DNA of 64,000 bases from Eledone cirrhosa (taxonomy: Eukaryota): NCBI GenBank assembly GCA_964016885.1, contig OZ024740.1, forward strand, positions 357,988,001-358,052,000, in the 5' to 3' direction. Both the position numbers and the translations under genes were made by a program. Below the pieces are notes generated by a model. It had not been told where the DNA came from. It was given only the letters and a program-made list of their open reading frames with translations, and did not search any database. This document shows positions 1 to 12,960 of this stretch, piece after piece (within the stretch, counting starts at the first letter, position 1; the number at the start of each line of letters is the position of its first letter).

Positions 1-671
1 TTGCTTTGTTTAGTAGAAAGGAAAGTTTATGTTAGATGCAGCTAAGCATGTGAAGTGTCAATGACATTTCTATTCCTGATTTCTTTAGAACATTAAAATA
101 CAGTTATAGAATCTCCCCAGCATCAGTTTCTTGTTTTGAAGACATATGACCAAAAACATTGCAGATGTGCCCAGTCCATCCTTTTTTCTTTTTCCTAGGA
201 ATAGTGTATCCTGGACTATATTATCCAACGCGTTCTTCCCTTTTTTTAAAGACAGTATGGTGTAATTTAAGGAAGATATTGCTATTACTTCCCACATGTT
301 GAACAACCACATAGAGGCTCTCTTGTTGGCTCAACATTAATATATTTTACAATTTACTCAGATAGTTATCATTAACATTGCAGTGGGGGTAATTGAATAC
401 TTAAATTTCTTATTTTATTGATTGAATATATTCAATATAGGTATACTAAATTACAATATCTACCCATCACCTAATTTGAAGTGAGTTAGAATTTTTCATA
501 TGAGTATGGATAATACTCATGGGTGTGAATATTATTATTTTAGTCTAATACTCATAGATTCTTAGCTTGGCCTTACACTTTCTAAAGCTTGCCCCAATCT
601 AATCAGAGGGAGCCTTTATAAATGTGTTCTCAAAATGCTCATTTTAGTATTCAATCATTTCTTAACGATGG

Positions 672-856
672 GGGTAAAATTGGCAATGGGGGGGGGGGGC
701 AGTATCAGTAGAGTGTCAGGCACCATGTTTTGTGTTCTGAGTTCAAATCCCCCTGAGGTTAACTTTGCCTTTCATCCTTATGAGGTCGATAAAATAAAGC
801 ACCAGTTATGCACTTGGGTAATTGCTGGCCTTGTGCCAAAAGTAGAAACAATTATT
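672..856 (+). mobile_element. SINE family A copy
   Basis: B-box-like gagttcaaatcc, conserved body aactttgcctttcatcctta...gtcgataaaataaag and tail gaaacaattatt, all shared with many copies in the window. Confidence 0.8.
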
Positions 857-2355
857 TAACAAATTGCATACAGTTTTTTAAATGAAGAATACATGCTTAA
901 AACCTAAATTCTTATGACTGTATATTAAACCATACAGAATGGATGGCCATAATTACACAGTTTTACACTACCATATAGCCTGCAGGTCCCCATAGCAGTG
1001 ATCACTCTGTTAAAAGCCTGTGGATCGAGTCTTTGGTTTGAGAATAACTTTATTTCTTCACATACTGCTTCCAACTGAGCAAATCATTTTTTCATCTCCA
1101 ACCACCACATGTCTTGGAAAGCCTTATCCTTCCTTCTAAGTTTTAGAAATAATCTGTTTTATTTAATTTACTACTTAAATACCATAGCTGATTGTGTCTT
1201 CTCCAAAACTCTATTGATATCTAAAAGCAATGGTATGTAGGATTTGTATCCACACATTTGAGAAGCATACAAATAAATATTTCAATATCTTAGTCATCTG
1301 TAATAGCCTTAATAGGCCAAAATATAAACCTTCAAAATCAATAAGATAAAAAGGCAAATATATATATATTTTTTTATCTTATGCACTACTGTGATAAATT
1401 GTTTACCCTCTTCTGAGTTAATTGTTTATACTTTTCATAATAGTAAGGTGAGGAAGTAGAGATTGCAATCTCAAGGTCTTTTCCAGATACGTTAGCAGCA
1501 AAAATGAAGTTAAACAATGATAAACAAGGAACTTCTTCCTTGTACAATGGCATAAATGTACTGATACAGAAGAATATAGACTTTTTCATTAACTGTGAAG
1601 GTAGTCTGTGCTGTTTCTTTAGCAAAGACAATGACCTATCCCAAGGCCTATAACACCTAATTGAAAATATCATTCATAATTTATTAATGTTAACTAATGA
1701 GAATTTTGGGTTCGTCTTCCTTGCTTTTTTAATGAAAAACAGTAATTTAGATAATGATAGTGCTCATTAATAACGGCATAATTTAAACTAATTATAATTA
1801 CTTGTCTTACTACATCAAATATGTTGGTGTCTATTTTAAGATTAAGATATAGTTGATATAGTAAAGAAGTCCTAAAGAAATTATGGGCAGCATCTGCAAC
1901 TGTTAAATCTGATTATAGTGCCATAATTCCCAACTCAGGTTTAACTTTGATTTGCTTGTAGACAATTTTACTATATACATAGAGGCTTTGTTATTTAGCC
2001 TCAAGCCAGCACTATGATGAAAGACATTCCAGTCATGACCATCCCATCTCTTTATATGGGTTGGTAGGTAGGGGATCACATACCCCTAAATAATATTGAG
2101 TGTGTTTGTGTATGTGTATGTGTGCACATGTGTACGTGCATTTGTGTGTGTGTGTGTGTGTGTTTGATTGTTTACAACTTTCAATAAACCTAATGAGTAA
2201 TATCAGATCAAATTATTTTGAAACACGTACAACTCTGGATATGTGTTGAATTTTTCGTGCAATCGATATCCATTATTGAGTAGTTTTGCCTCTGTTTAAT
2301 GGCATATATTTATATACTTGCTGATCTGTGAGAAGGAAATGTCTTCATCAAACAG

Positions 2356-2623
2356 ATATAAATACAATAACATTATGATCTTCTCAACGAGATAACCTAA
2401 TGACAATATACATGTGTTGTTTTATCATGTTACAATTTGAACATAAATATTTAAAATTGTATATGCTGATAGATAAACACATGCAATTTAAAGACATGAT
2501 AAATGTGTATCATGTGTTTATCTATCAGCATAAACAATTTTAAATGTTTATGTTCAAATTGTAACATGTATATTGTCATTAGGTTATCTCGTTGAGAAGA
2601 TCATAATGTTATTGTATTTATAT
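2356..2623. repeat. long fold-back palindrome (arms about 115-130 bp, spacer about 27 nt)
   Basis: 2356-2483 is the reverse complement of 2511-2623 apart from a ~15-nt insertion and a few mismatches; abuts a TA-rich tract. Confidence 0.9.
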
Positions 2624-2821
2624 ATATATTGTATATATATATTGTATATATATATATATTGTATATATATATATATATTGTATATATATATATATTGTAT
2701 ATATATATATTGTATATAAAGATTTACATATACACAAACTAGACAAAGTCACAGATATATATGTTTTAGCAACCATTCACGATGTGGCTCAATGATGAAT
2801 TAATAAATTAAATAATCAGAG

Positions 2822-3192
2822 CAATATACTATAAAGTATGTCCATAGAATCATTTGATAATATATATACACCATTTCCTCTCCCAATTAGCATAATCCTG
2901 GTATGTGTATATGCATTTTTTCTTCTAACTTTAATTTTATACCTAATTGTGTATGGTTGACGGTATATTTAATCGATTTCCACGTGCTATTGAAATGTTG
3001 GGTAAATATTCTATAGCGGTTGATCGCGAATAGACTGCTGTCGTTTATTTATCTACTATTTCTTCATAGGTGCCTTTTAATCTTATAGCCTGGTTTAATT
3101 GTTTTTTTGTGTGGTTGATTATGCTAATTGGGAGAGGAAATGGTGTATATATATTATCAAATGATTCTATGGACATACTTTATAGTATATTG
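2822..3192. repeat. element with 76-bp terminal inverted repeats
   Basis: 2822-2897 (caatatact...gcataatc) and 3117-3192 (gattatgc...agtatattg) are reverse complements; followed by (TA)n. Confidence 0.9.
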
Positions 3193-3295
3193 TATATATA
3201 TATATATGTATGTAAAAGGTAAACAGAAATAACAACACAATCGGTACAGTATATGGAAGATATATATTAGGTTAACGCTTGATATAGCAGGAAGA

Positions 3296-3334
3296 GGGTC
3301 TTAAGGTTTCGGACGTTAGTCCTTCATCAGAAGA
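3296..3334 (-). ncRNA. minimal type I hammerhead ribozyme motif (stem III mutated)
   Basis: minus strand tctt-CTGATGA-a-GGAC-taac-GTCC-GAAA-cctt-aaga; stem II perfect, stem I tctt/aaga. Confidence 0.6.
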
Positions 3335-3499
3335 AAGAATGAGAAATAAAATAGATTCAGGAGACGGGCGGGTTGAATTGGAAAAAAATGTCTTTAGATA
3401 AAAATAACAGGTCCATTCATGTTGACATCTCTTGCATATATTGTATATATATATATATTGTATATATATATATATTGTATATATATATTGTATATATAT

Positions 3500-3612
<113 letters not shown>

Positions 3613-3783
3613 TAACAGATTAAAGTTTAAGCAAAGAATCGCTGCTTTCACCCTTAACGGGGTCTTCTGAAACTAACAAAGTCAATCTGTAAACGCAGAA
3701 GTGAATATTTCAAAAAACGTTGCATAAGTAAGCATTCCAACCATCCTGCCAGCATAACCAAGAACCTGGTAAGAAACGTTTCG

Positions 3784-4599
3784 TTGAGGCTTTCCCGTCT
3801 ATCTACTAACGAGCATATTTTCAACGACCATTCCACTTATTACAATGAAGCTCTTGTTCGGAGTGGATTTGTCGATAAGGTAGCATATACAGAGTACGAA
3901 AATAGACCTAGAAGAAATAGATCCCGTCGCATTTGTTGGTATAACACACCATATAATATGGAGGTGGCCACACCATTAACTAAGATCTTTCTTTCCCTTA
4001 TTACGAAGCATTTTCTCCCTACACATAAATATAGTGAAATTTTTAATAGAAATACTATTAAAATTTCTTACTCTACGACTCCTAACCTTGCACATAACAT
4101 CACAGCTTCAAATTTAGCTAAACTACCTAGCCGTAGGAACACGTGCAACCCTGTAGTTAGTACTAACTGTAATTGTAGGAATCGGGTTGATTGCCCCCTA
4201 TCCGGGAAATGCCTCTCTAGTAACATTGTCTACAAATGTAAGGTTGAAACACCCACGTCCCGTAGGGCTTATATAGGGTTAACCGCCAATAGATTCAAGC
4301 AGCGTCTTTACATGCATACCCATTCTTTTCGTTACCCTCTAAGAAGGAATATGACGTCACTTTCAGCTTATATCTGGAGTCTAAAAGACAACCACACCCA
4401 ATTTAAGTTACACTGGGAGATCCTAGCTAGGGCTAGATCGTATAACGGAAATAAAAGACCATGTGACCTCTGCGCCGCTGAGGCCCTGGAAATACTCTAC
4501 GCCACAGACCACATCTTAAACAAAAAATCTGAGGCTTGTAAACATAAATTGCACAAAACTTTCCTGTATTACAGCCCTACATTATACCCTAACGGATAG
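3784..4599 (+). CDS. Penelope-like RT thumb, Cys-rich linker and GIY-YIG endonuclease (partial; frame open from about 3725)
   Basis: KHSNHP just upstream in frame, WYNTPYN, IFNRNTIKISYS, CNCR..CPL, IVYKCKV...AYIG, F.QR...H, WEIL, CDLC..E...I...LN. Confidence 0.85.
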   Translation: MRLSRLSTNEHIFNDHSTYYNEALVRSGFVDKVAYTEYENRPRRNRSRRICWYNTPYNMEVATPLTKIFLSLITKHFLPTHKYSEIFNRNTIKISYSTTPNLAHNITASNLAKLPSRRNTCNPVVSTNCNCRNRVDCPLSGKCLSSNIVYKCKVETPTSRRAYIGLTANRFKQRLYMHTHSFRYPLRRNMTSLSAYIWSLKDNHTQFKLHWEILARARSYNGNKRPCDLCAAEALEILYATDHILNKKSEACKHKLHKTFLYYSPTLYPNG

Positions 4600-5541
4600 T
4601 ACGATCTATACGTGGATATTTTACGTCTTGATGTGGTAGCTATGTATATGTTTTGTTTATACCATTACTTATTTGCATAGGTAAGTATATATTACCTGTA
4701 TGTTTTGTGAAGGTACGTATACTTTCTCATACGTATATTTGATTGATTATGTTATGGCGTATAAATTCTTTATATATTCTGGTACATATGGTTTGGTTAT
4801 GTGTATACGGGAGTTTTGCGTCTGCGTGAGTATGCAGGTTCGTACGTATGTAGGGTGTGTGTATATGTGTACTTCATGTTTTGGTTGACTTACGTCTCCG
4901 AACATTTGTGTATTTACATGTAGGTATGTGTGTGCGCTTGTTATATACGTATTTATTTATTTATATACGTTTATTTAATTATTTATTTATTTGTATACAC
5001 GCGCACACACACACACATATATTTATATGTGCGTGGTTTTGTATAACTATGGCAAGTGTTTTGCGTATGCTTGTGTATGTACGTATTTTCATGCGTGTAT
5101 GCATTTATTTAATTTCTATTACCTCTGTATTGTATTTATTTACTTTATTCTTAACTCTGAAGCGGAGATTCATTCGGTTTCCTAGTTAGAATTTAGTCTA
5201 CGACTTCAGCTATACCATTTACGTGGTTTTGTCTTTGCGTGCAATTGTTCTCCACGCTCCACATATGACGTATTATCTTCATTTTTTCCGTTCATTGCCA
5301 GAGAACATCTCTATGGACCACCTAAGACAACATTAGTCTACGACCTCTATTATATCATAAACGTGGTTCTGTCTTTGCGCGTAATTGTTTTTCACCGCTC
5401 CTATTAATGACGTATTATATTCGTTTTTTCCCGTTCTTTGCCAGGGAGCATTTCCACGAACCAAAGTATCGTCTTCCTGTCTTCCTCCGGTTGCAACGTT
5501 TTTTGAAATATCCACTTCTGCGTTTACAGATTGACTTTGTT

Positions 5542-5592
5542 AGTTTCAGAAGATCCCGTTAAGGGTGAAAGCAGCGATTCTTTGCTTAAACT
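5542..5592 (+). ncRNA. type I hammerhead-like motif in the Penelope pLTR (U4A variant); inverted copy at 3624-3674
   Basis: agttt-CAGAAGA-tCCC-gttaa-GGGt-GAA-AGCA-loop-TGCT-T-aaact: stems I, II and III all pair. Confidence 0.55.
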
Positions 5593-5723
5593 TTAATCTG
5601 TTATTTTAATAAATATTTGCTCTACGGTTCTTATATATTTGATATATATTTATCCTTATCGAGCCCTCTTTGGATTTTAGTCTTCAAATTTATTATTATT
5701 ACTATTATTATTACTATTTATTA

Positions 5724-5895
5724 TATGGACACACTAGAAGAGGAAGACCAAGGTTAACGTATGTTGATGCCCTAAGGACAGACACTGGTCTATTGGAGGC
5801 GCAGGACATGGCAGCGATAATGAGGGACAGAGACCGCTGGAGAGAACTCGTCCATGGATCTCGGGAATTTTACCTGCCTTAGAATAGAATAGAAT
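5724..5895 (+). mobile_element. RTE/RTEX 3' tip with (AGAAT)n tail
   Basis: HTRRGRPRLTYVDAL...DRDRWR C-terminal motif and short tandem tail. Confidence 0.7.
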
Positions 5896-5904
5896 ATATA
5901 TATA

Positions 5905-8900
5905 TCATCATCACCATCATCATTATCATTATCGTTTTACGTCCGTGAAAGGGCGGTGAATTGGCAGTATCGGTAGAGGGTTGGACGCCATGCTTTCTAG
6001 CATAGTTTCGTCCCTTTACGGTTTGAGTTCAAATCCCGCCGAGGTTAACTTTGCCTTTCATCCTTACGGGGTCGATATAATAAAGTACCAGTAATGTACT
6101 GGGTAATTGATGGCCTTGTGCCTAAAGTAGAAACAATTATCGTTTTACGTCCGTTCTTCCACGCTAGCATGGGTTAGACGGGTTGTTCTGTTGTGAGCAG
6201 TGTCTAGTCGGCTTACCTTGTCTTGCTCATACAGGAACTGATTCTGGCTTGATCTCTACAGCTGGATGCCCTTCCTAACACCAACCTCATTTACAGTGAG
6301 TGCTGGGTGCTTTTTTCCGTTGCGTCTACACGTCCACTTTACAGCGTGGGTTGGGTGCTTTTTTGCTGTGGCACCTCCACGACCACTTTGCAGTGGGAGG
6401 GTGTGGGGGTATATTGTCTATATGCTTCAGCTTCGGCTTGTGGGGGTTGGGTCTTCTGTATTACTGTGTGATGCCAGAGGTCACGGTCGTGTGTCATTGC
6501 CTTTGAGAGGTGTAATTGGGTAAGGTCGGCCTTTATCACCTCATCCCAGGTCTTCTTGGGTCTCCCCACTCCGCGGCTCCACCTTTTTATGCAGCTGTCA
6601 TCCTTCATACGCATCACATGTCCATACCAACGTAACCTCCTCTCCTGCATACAGCAATGCTCAGTCTCTCTCTCTCAATTCGTTTATACTTTGCCGTTCA
6701 CGTATATTACTATTACACATCCATCAGAGCATGCAAGCTTCGTTTCTTTCTAATCTGCGCAAGTCTTCTACAGACAGTGCCCAGGTCTCACTACCATGTA
6801 ACATTGCTGTTCGTATACACGCATCATACAGTCTGCCTTTCATTTTGAGGGAAAAGCCTTTTGCAGCTAACAGTGGCAGTAGCTCCCGGAACTTCTTCCA
6901 TCCCATTCTTACCCTAGTTATTGTACTTTCCGAACACCCACCTCCGCTGCTAATTCGGTCACCTAGGTAGCAGAAGCTGTCTAGTGTTTCTACAGAGCCC
7001 TCCCAGAGTTTGGTGGTGTTTGTTTCCTGTGGTCATTTGCTGCTTGCTGTCCCAGTGCAGCTGCTACATATGAAGCCTACATTGTTAGTTAAACTTCCTG
7101 AGATCCCACTACATCTCTTGTGTACTCATTGTTTGCACTTGGGACAGAGGATGGAGTTCCTACCTACACCTTTCCTACATAATGAGCAAAGCCATTTTTC
7201 TGAGGGAATCTGGGTTCTGTTTTCTTGTCTACTTACAAGAATCTTAGTCTTTGTCGGGTTGACTTTGAGAGTATTTCTTTCTAGTCCCTGCTTCCATGTT
7301 CTACCATGGATACAGCTATAAGTGCGAGATCATCCACATACAGGAGTTCCCATGGGCATCCGGTCTTAAACTCCTCCGTTATTGCCTGCAAAACTATAAT
7401 GAACAGGGGAGGGCTAAGAACAGAGCCCTGGTGGACACCAACGTGTATGCTAAATTCCTCGCTATACTCATTGCTAACTCTAACTTTGCTGACTGCTCCT
7501 CTATACATGGCTTGTACAGCTTTCACAAGCCATTCATCTACTCCTAATTTTCTAAGAGCCCACCAGATTATAGCATGGGGGACTCTGTCGAAGGCTTTTT
7601 CCAGATTGACAAATGCCAGGTAGAGCGGCTTACTTTTAGCTAGGTACTTTTCCTGGGACAAACCCAAATTGCATCTCATCTAGTTTCACCTGGTCCCTAA
7701 TCAACTGTGCTATAACTCTTTCCGTTACTTTCATGACCTGGTCCATCAGCTTTATACCTCTATAGTTTCCTCTATCTAGTGCATCACCTTTACCTTTGTA
7801 GCAGTTGACAATGATGCTGCTGCACCAATCCTTTGGTATGATACCCTCTAGTATTACCTGGTTAACAATTTGTGTGGTTATGGTGTGACCTACCGACCCA
7901 GATGCCTTCAGCATCTCGGCAGCTATACCGGTTGCCTTCCCTGTCTTCATATTTTTGATTGCTTTACTTACTACGCTGCTGCTGACTTGTACTGCTGGCC
8001 CCTCTATAGAGTCCACTTGGGGTAGGGTCTCTTTTTCCAATGCATTCTCCTCGTTTAGTAATCTTTCATAATGGCTCTTCGACGCAGCTTTCTTCTCGGC
8101 ACTTGTGAGGGCAAGCTCACCATTATCATTCCGGATACACGTCTCTCCAATGACATCACAATTCTCTCTGACACACTGCCTCGCAATCTTGAATACTTCC
8201 TGTTTCTGGTCCTCACTTTGCAAAACATGCTTGAATTTTCTAATCCCTGCTTCCCTTCTAGTTAAGTATACTTGTTGCGTAGCTTCCCTCCTGGTCTCTA
8301 TGTAATGTATCCTGCTACCCCTGTTCTTTCATTCTTTCCATGCCTGTCTCTTAGTCTTAACTGCCTCATCTACCTTATTGTTCCACCACCAAGTCACTCT
8401 CCTCCTCCCTGTGGACTTGCTCCAACCACAGATCTCATCCGTCACCTTTAGTAAGTTATTTTTTAGGAACTCCCAGTGCTCTTCTACATTGAATGTCTCT
8501 ATCTGTTCTTCTTTACTGTCATAGGCGTCAAGTAAAATATCTTTAAATCTGTTACTGGCTGAGGGGTCTTTCAGCTTCCACATCTTTCTTCTCCAGGTTG
8601 CCTTCTGCTTCCAAGTTCGTCTAGTTTTGACAGCGAGGTAGCTGACAACTAAGTTATGTTGGGAGGTACATTCCTCACCAGGGAAGGCTTTTGTGTTTAC
8701 AACCGTCCATCTATCACGCCCTCTGATGAGCATAAAATCTATCTGACTAGAATGCTCCCCTGATCTATAGGTGATCAGATGGTTGTCAGCTTTTTTGAAG
8801 TTTGTGTTACATATCGACATGTCATTGGCATCGCCGAATTCCAGAAGCCTGAAGCCTTCTTCATTTCTTGTGCCAAACCCATGGCCTCCAATGACTCTAT

Positions 8901-8978
8901 AGAAGCTGTCATGGTGTTTACCAACATGTCTGTTGAAATCTCCTGCAATGATTAGGAAGTCATTGTCGCTTGTTAGGG
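5905..8978 (-). mobile_element. RTE LINE family A, degraded (AP endonuclease + RT), with (CAT)n tail
   Basis: minus-strand ORF pieces SQIDFML, NYRGIKL, LEKAFDRVP, GVHQGSVLSP, LLYVDDL, RRLRWYGHV; 3' UTR ends in ggacgtaaaacgat... Confidence 0.93.
5947..6140 (+). mobile_element. SINE family A copy inserted in an RTE tail, 19-bp TSD
   Basis: attatcgttttacgtccgt at 5928-5946 and 6136-6154. Confidence 0.9.
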
Positions 8979-9339
8979 CAGTATATAATATTATACTTTT
9001 TATTAAAGATTTTTCTAATTTCCTTATTAGTTATTTATGCTTAGTTTGTAACAGTTATGTGCCAAAATCTATGTGTGTATCAATGTTTCAAAACCTTCAG
9101 TTCTGCTTTCAGAATCAGAATGATCATACTGGTGGCATATTAGTCATGTGTTTAGCAGTGGTTGTAAAATAACATGGGAGTGATAAAAGATCATGTACGA
9201 CATTTAACATTTTTCAATAGCTGAAGTATGACTTTTATTGAAATTGGTTTCATGTATGTTGTCTCTGTGTGTTAATTTCTGGTTTATATAGTCATCTTAT
9301 TTCATCATCAAAGAGTCAGGTAAGTTTACCAGTCAAGAG

Positions 9340-9507
9340 CTACAACAGTCTATCTAATGAGTTTCCATAGTTTACATTCACTAAATTTCACTCCCAAGAC
9401 TGATTTGAGGCTATGGAAGGACACATTTGCTGAATGTGTCGTGCAGTAGGATTGAACTTGAAACCAGGTAGTTCCATAGAAAACATCTTAACGATACAGC
9501 CATACCA
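9340..9507 (-). mobile_element. old tRNA-derived SINE remnant
   Basis: reverse strand shows tRNA-like head remnants (ggctgtatcgttaag, gttcaatcc). Confidence 0.45.
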
Positions 9508-9893
9508 ACCAAAAATATCGCTGAAAGATGTCTGCAATTTGTCAAATACTGTCTGACACACCCAGTCTGAAAGCCAAGTTATAACTTGGAAATAAGCTTA
9601 TGAATCTCCTTCTAAAACCACGGTCAAACTGATGGATGACATTGGTTCCTAAAGGCTGACAAACTGATGAAATGAGTTATTGGCAGTGTCCATCATTAAG
9701 CTGGATGCAATTGCAAACTATAGTGATAGATGATAATGATGATGTCGATGATGATGATGATGTTTGTAAACAGTGACTATACCATGTTAAGTGGAACACT
9801 GTCAATCAATTGATTGATCTTTTAGTTATAACAAACCTTAGCAGTAGTTAAACAAGAAAAGGGGATATCGATTTTTTATTATCTTCTTTATCA

Positions 9894-10092
9894 GGCTGGT
9901 GGATCGACAGTATTGGTAATGTATCAGACCATATGCTTTGTGGTATAGAGTTACATCCCTTTACGTTCTGAGTTAAAATTCTGCCATGGGTAGCTCTGCT
10001 TTTCATTCTTACGGGTTTGATAAAATAAAGTACTATTAATGCACTGGGGTTGATTTAATCAAGTTTCCTTTTCCTCAAAATTGTTTGCCTTG
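9894..10092 (+). mobile_element. SINE family A copy (diverged)
   Basis: body and tail similar to the other copies. Confidence 0.75.
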
Positions 10093-10754
10093 AGCCTAAA
10101 TCAGAAACAATTATCTTCTTTTCTCAAACTGAAAGATTAATAAATTGTTTCAATATATAACAGAGGTAACATATGTTTAACAACTTACTATAATGGGTTG
10201 TGTTTACTGTTGGTATTACTGTTATTGTTGTTGTTGCTGCTGCTGAGGTTGCTGCTATTGTTTATCTACCGAGTGGCCTGATTTTAATCTAACAGAAAGC
10301 TAATAAAACTAAGTGTATGTAGGCTTTTCTGCCATAAAACATCTAATAAAAAGAAGTGTCATCTGTATCTGCAGCTTATGAAATGTTATTGATCTCGTTG
10401 ATGTAGCAATAATTTTTTTTTTTTCTTGTTTTTTGTAGTAAATGTAAAGTAAACAAATCATCTCTGTTTTATATTGTAAATTAGTCCAAGATATAACTTG
10501 CTGTGCTTCAATTCACTGTGCCCTAAATATACTAAATAGAGTTTGAATAAGAAATGATTTTATATAATCTTAATTTTACCTCATATGTACCATCCCATAC
10601 TGGGCCCCAAAGCTATGGCTATGCTGTGAGATGGATTAGGCTCCTCATATTGGTGACATCCAGTACCAGGCTCCAAAACTATGGTCCTGCTGTGAGATGG
10701 GTTTGGCATGGCCAACTGGCCTGTCCCTCTTCATAACGATGCCATCCAGTTCCA

Positions 10755-10943
10755 TACTGTAAATGTGGTTGATGTCAGAAAGGCCATCCAGCTGTAAAAT
10801 CTCTGGCCAAATTTACAGTCTTTGTCAGAGCAAGGTTCGGCATGGCCAACTCTGGCCAGACTTGTCTCCCAATGTGAATGACCCATCTAACCCATGCAAG
10901 CATGGAAAAATGGATGTTAAATGGTGATGATGATGATGATGAT
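10755..10943 (+). mobile_element. RTE-type 3' end with (GAT)n tail
   Basis: gtggttgatgtcagaaaggccatccagctgtaaaa...aacccatgcaagcatgga...gatgatgat. Confidence 0.75.
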
Positions 10944-11739
10944 TGCACAATTAGAGATTGCTGATTAGTTGTGGCTCTGTAATGAAAGTAAGAGTAAACT
11001 GAATATTACTTTTGGCTTAATCTTTCCATTACTATATAGAAACACTGCTAATTATTTCACCAAGCTGGTGTTTGGAAAATAACTGAACAAAAGGTTTTTA
11101 TATAAAATTATGAAGGAAGGTTTTGATAGAAGTATGAACACTTTAAAACAGACAGTTTTGTATAATAGAACTAGGGCTAGTTTCAGGTGGGATGGTAATG
11201 AATGGGTTAAAATTAGATCCTTTAGCTTGCACACTGTACAACAATGCTCAACCAAGCAAGTCATTCACAATATAAGATAATATATGTGTTGACTTGAAAA
11301 GAGGAAGTAACAGCCACACTATAAAACATAATTATTCACTATGTCTTGTGATCCACATTGCCCCAGTTTCCTCTACTATGGAGAGAAGGTAGAGATTTGT
11401 TCAAATAGGAAGAGGGGTTAGAGTCAAGAAGGATAAGGGCAATTATAATAGCCAGGGGTCAGTATGTAATTTAGGATGGGAATATGTGTGTGTGAAGAGA
11501 TGGGATTTGAAGCAGAAATTACTGTTTAAAAGGAACGGTGAGTGGGGACAGGGTTTCAGGGATCCTGAGGGTGAAATAAATTAAGTAGGGGTTTGTAGGT
11601 GTATCTGAACATACAGAAACATTTCTGCATGCGTATATATACATATATATATATATATCATCATCATAATTTAACATCCACTTTCCCTGCCAGCAACATA
11701 TGTTACCTTATATTGTGAATGACTTGCTTGGTTGAGCAT

Positions 11740-12960
11740 TGCTGTACAAATGGCATTTGTTGACCTAGAGAAAGCTTTTGGCCTCGTTCCATAATCTGGT
11801 GGGCTCTTACAAAACTAGGAGTAGATGAGTGGCTTGTGTGGGTGGTACAATCCATATAGAGAAGAGCAGTCAGCAAGGTTAGAATTAACAATGATTACAA
11901 TGAGGAATTTTTCATGCAAGTAGGGATCCACCAGGGCTCTGTTCTAAGCTCCCTCTTGTTTATCATCATCCTACAGGCTATAGGGAAGAGTTCAATACTG
12001 GCTGCCCATTGTAACTCCTATATACCGATGATTTAATTCGCATAGTTGAATCTATGGCAGAATTAGAGGAGAAATTTCAAACCTTGAAGCATAGCTTGGA
12101 AGTAAAATGTCTTAAAGTTAACATAGTAAAGACTAAAGTCCTAGTAAGTAGAAAGGAAAACAAAGCACAGATACCTTCAGGGAAATGACCTTGTGCAGTG
12201 TGCAAGAAAGAAGTGGGTAGAAATTCTATCCTATGTCCCAAATGCAAACTGGGTATACTAGAGATGTAGCAGGATCTCAAATAGGCAAGCAAAGAATGTA
12301 GGTTTTACATGTGGTAGGAACAGTAAGTAGCAAGAGCTTACAGGAAACAAGCTCTATTAAATGCCCTGTAGAAGTAGTTGATAGTTTCTATTACTTGAGT
12401 GACCAAATTAGCAGTGGAGGTGGGTGTTCTGAAAGTACAGTAGTTAGTGTGAAAATGAGATGGAAACGTTCAGGGAGCTACTACTGCTCCAAGTTGCAAA
12501 TGGTTTTTCTCTCAAAATGAAAGACAGACTCTGATGCTTGTATATGAACAGCAAGGCAGCATGGAAGTGAGACCTGGGTACTGTGTGCAGAGGTCCTATG
12601 AAGATTGGAAAGAAATGAAGCTTACATGCTTTGATGGATGTGTGATAGTAGTGTGCATGGACGGTGAAACGTCAATGAACTGTGAGAGAAACTGGGCATG
12701 AGAGGGTTCAGATGCAGTGTACGTGAGAGGATTGCATCGGTGTGGACATATGATGCACATGGAGGATGACAGCTAGATAAAAATGTACAGGGTGCTCAAA
12801 GTTGACAGAAGCTGTGGAAGAGGAACATTTAGGTCAGTTGGGGATGAAGTCATAAAAGCTGGCCTTGTGCAATTAAACCTCTTAAAGGCAATGACACAGG
12901 GTCGAGATCTCTGGTGTTATGCTATACTGCAGAGGACTCACTTTCCTATGTGCACAGGAT
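11740..12960 (+). mobile_element. heavily degraded RTE RT region
   Basis: nucleotide similarity to 36620-37850 (AFVDLEKAF, SSGGGCSES motifs) with many stops. Confidence 0.85.

Noticed and set aside
1080-1680. Possible old CR1-like RT remnant or exon (ccag...gaag/gtag on +)
   Set aside because: Only faint motif resemblance; neither reading is supportable
7010-7623. Plus-strand ORFs overlapping RTE copies (also at 21.8-22.3 kb, and minus-strand ORFs at 36-37.6 kb)
   Set aside because: Antisense shadows of the RT frame
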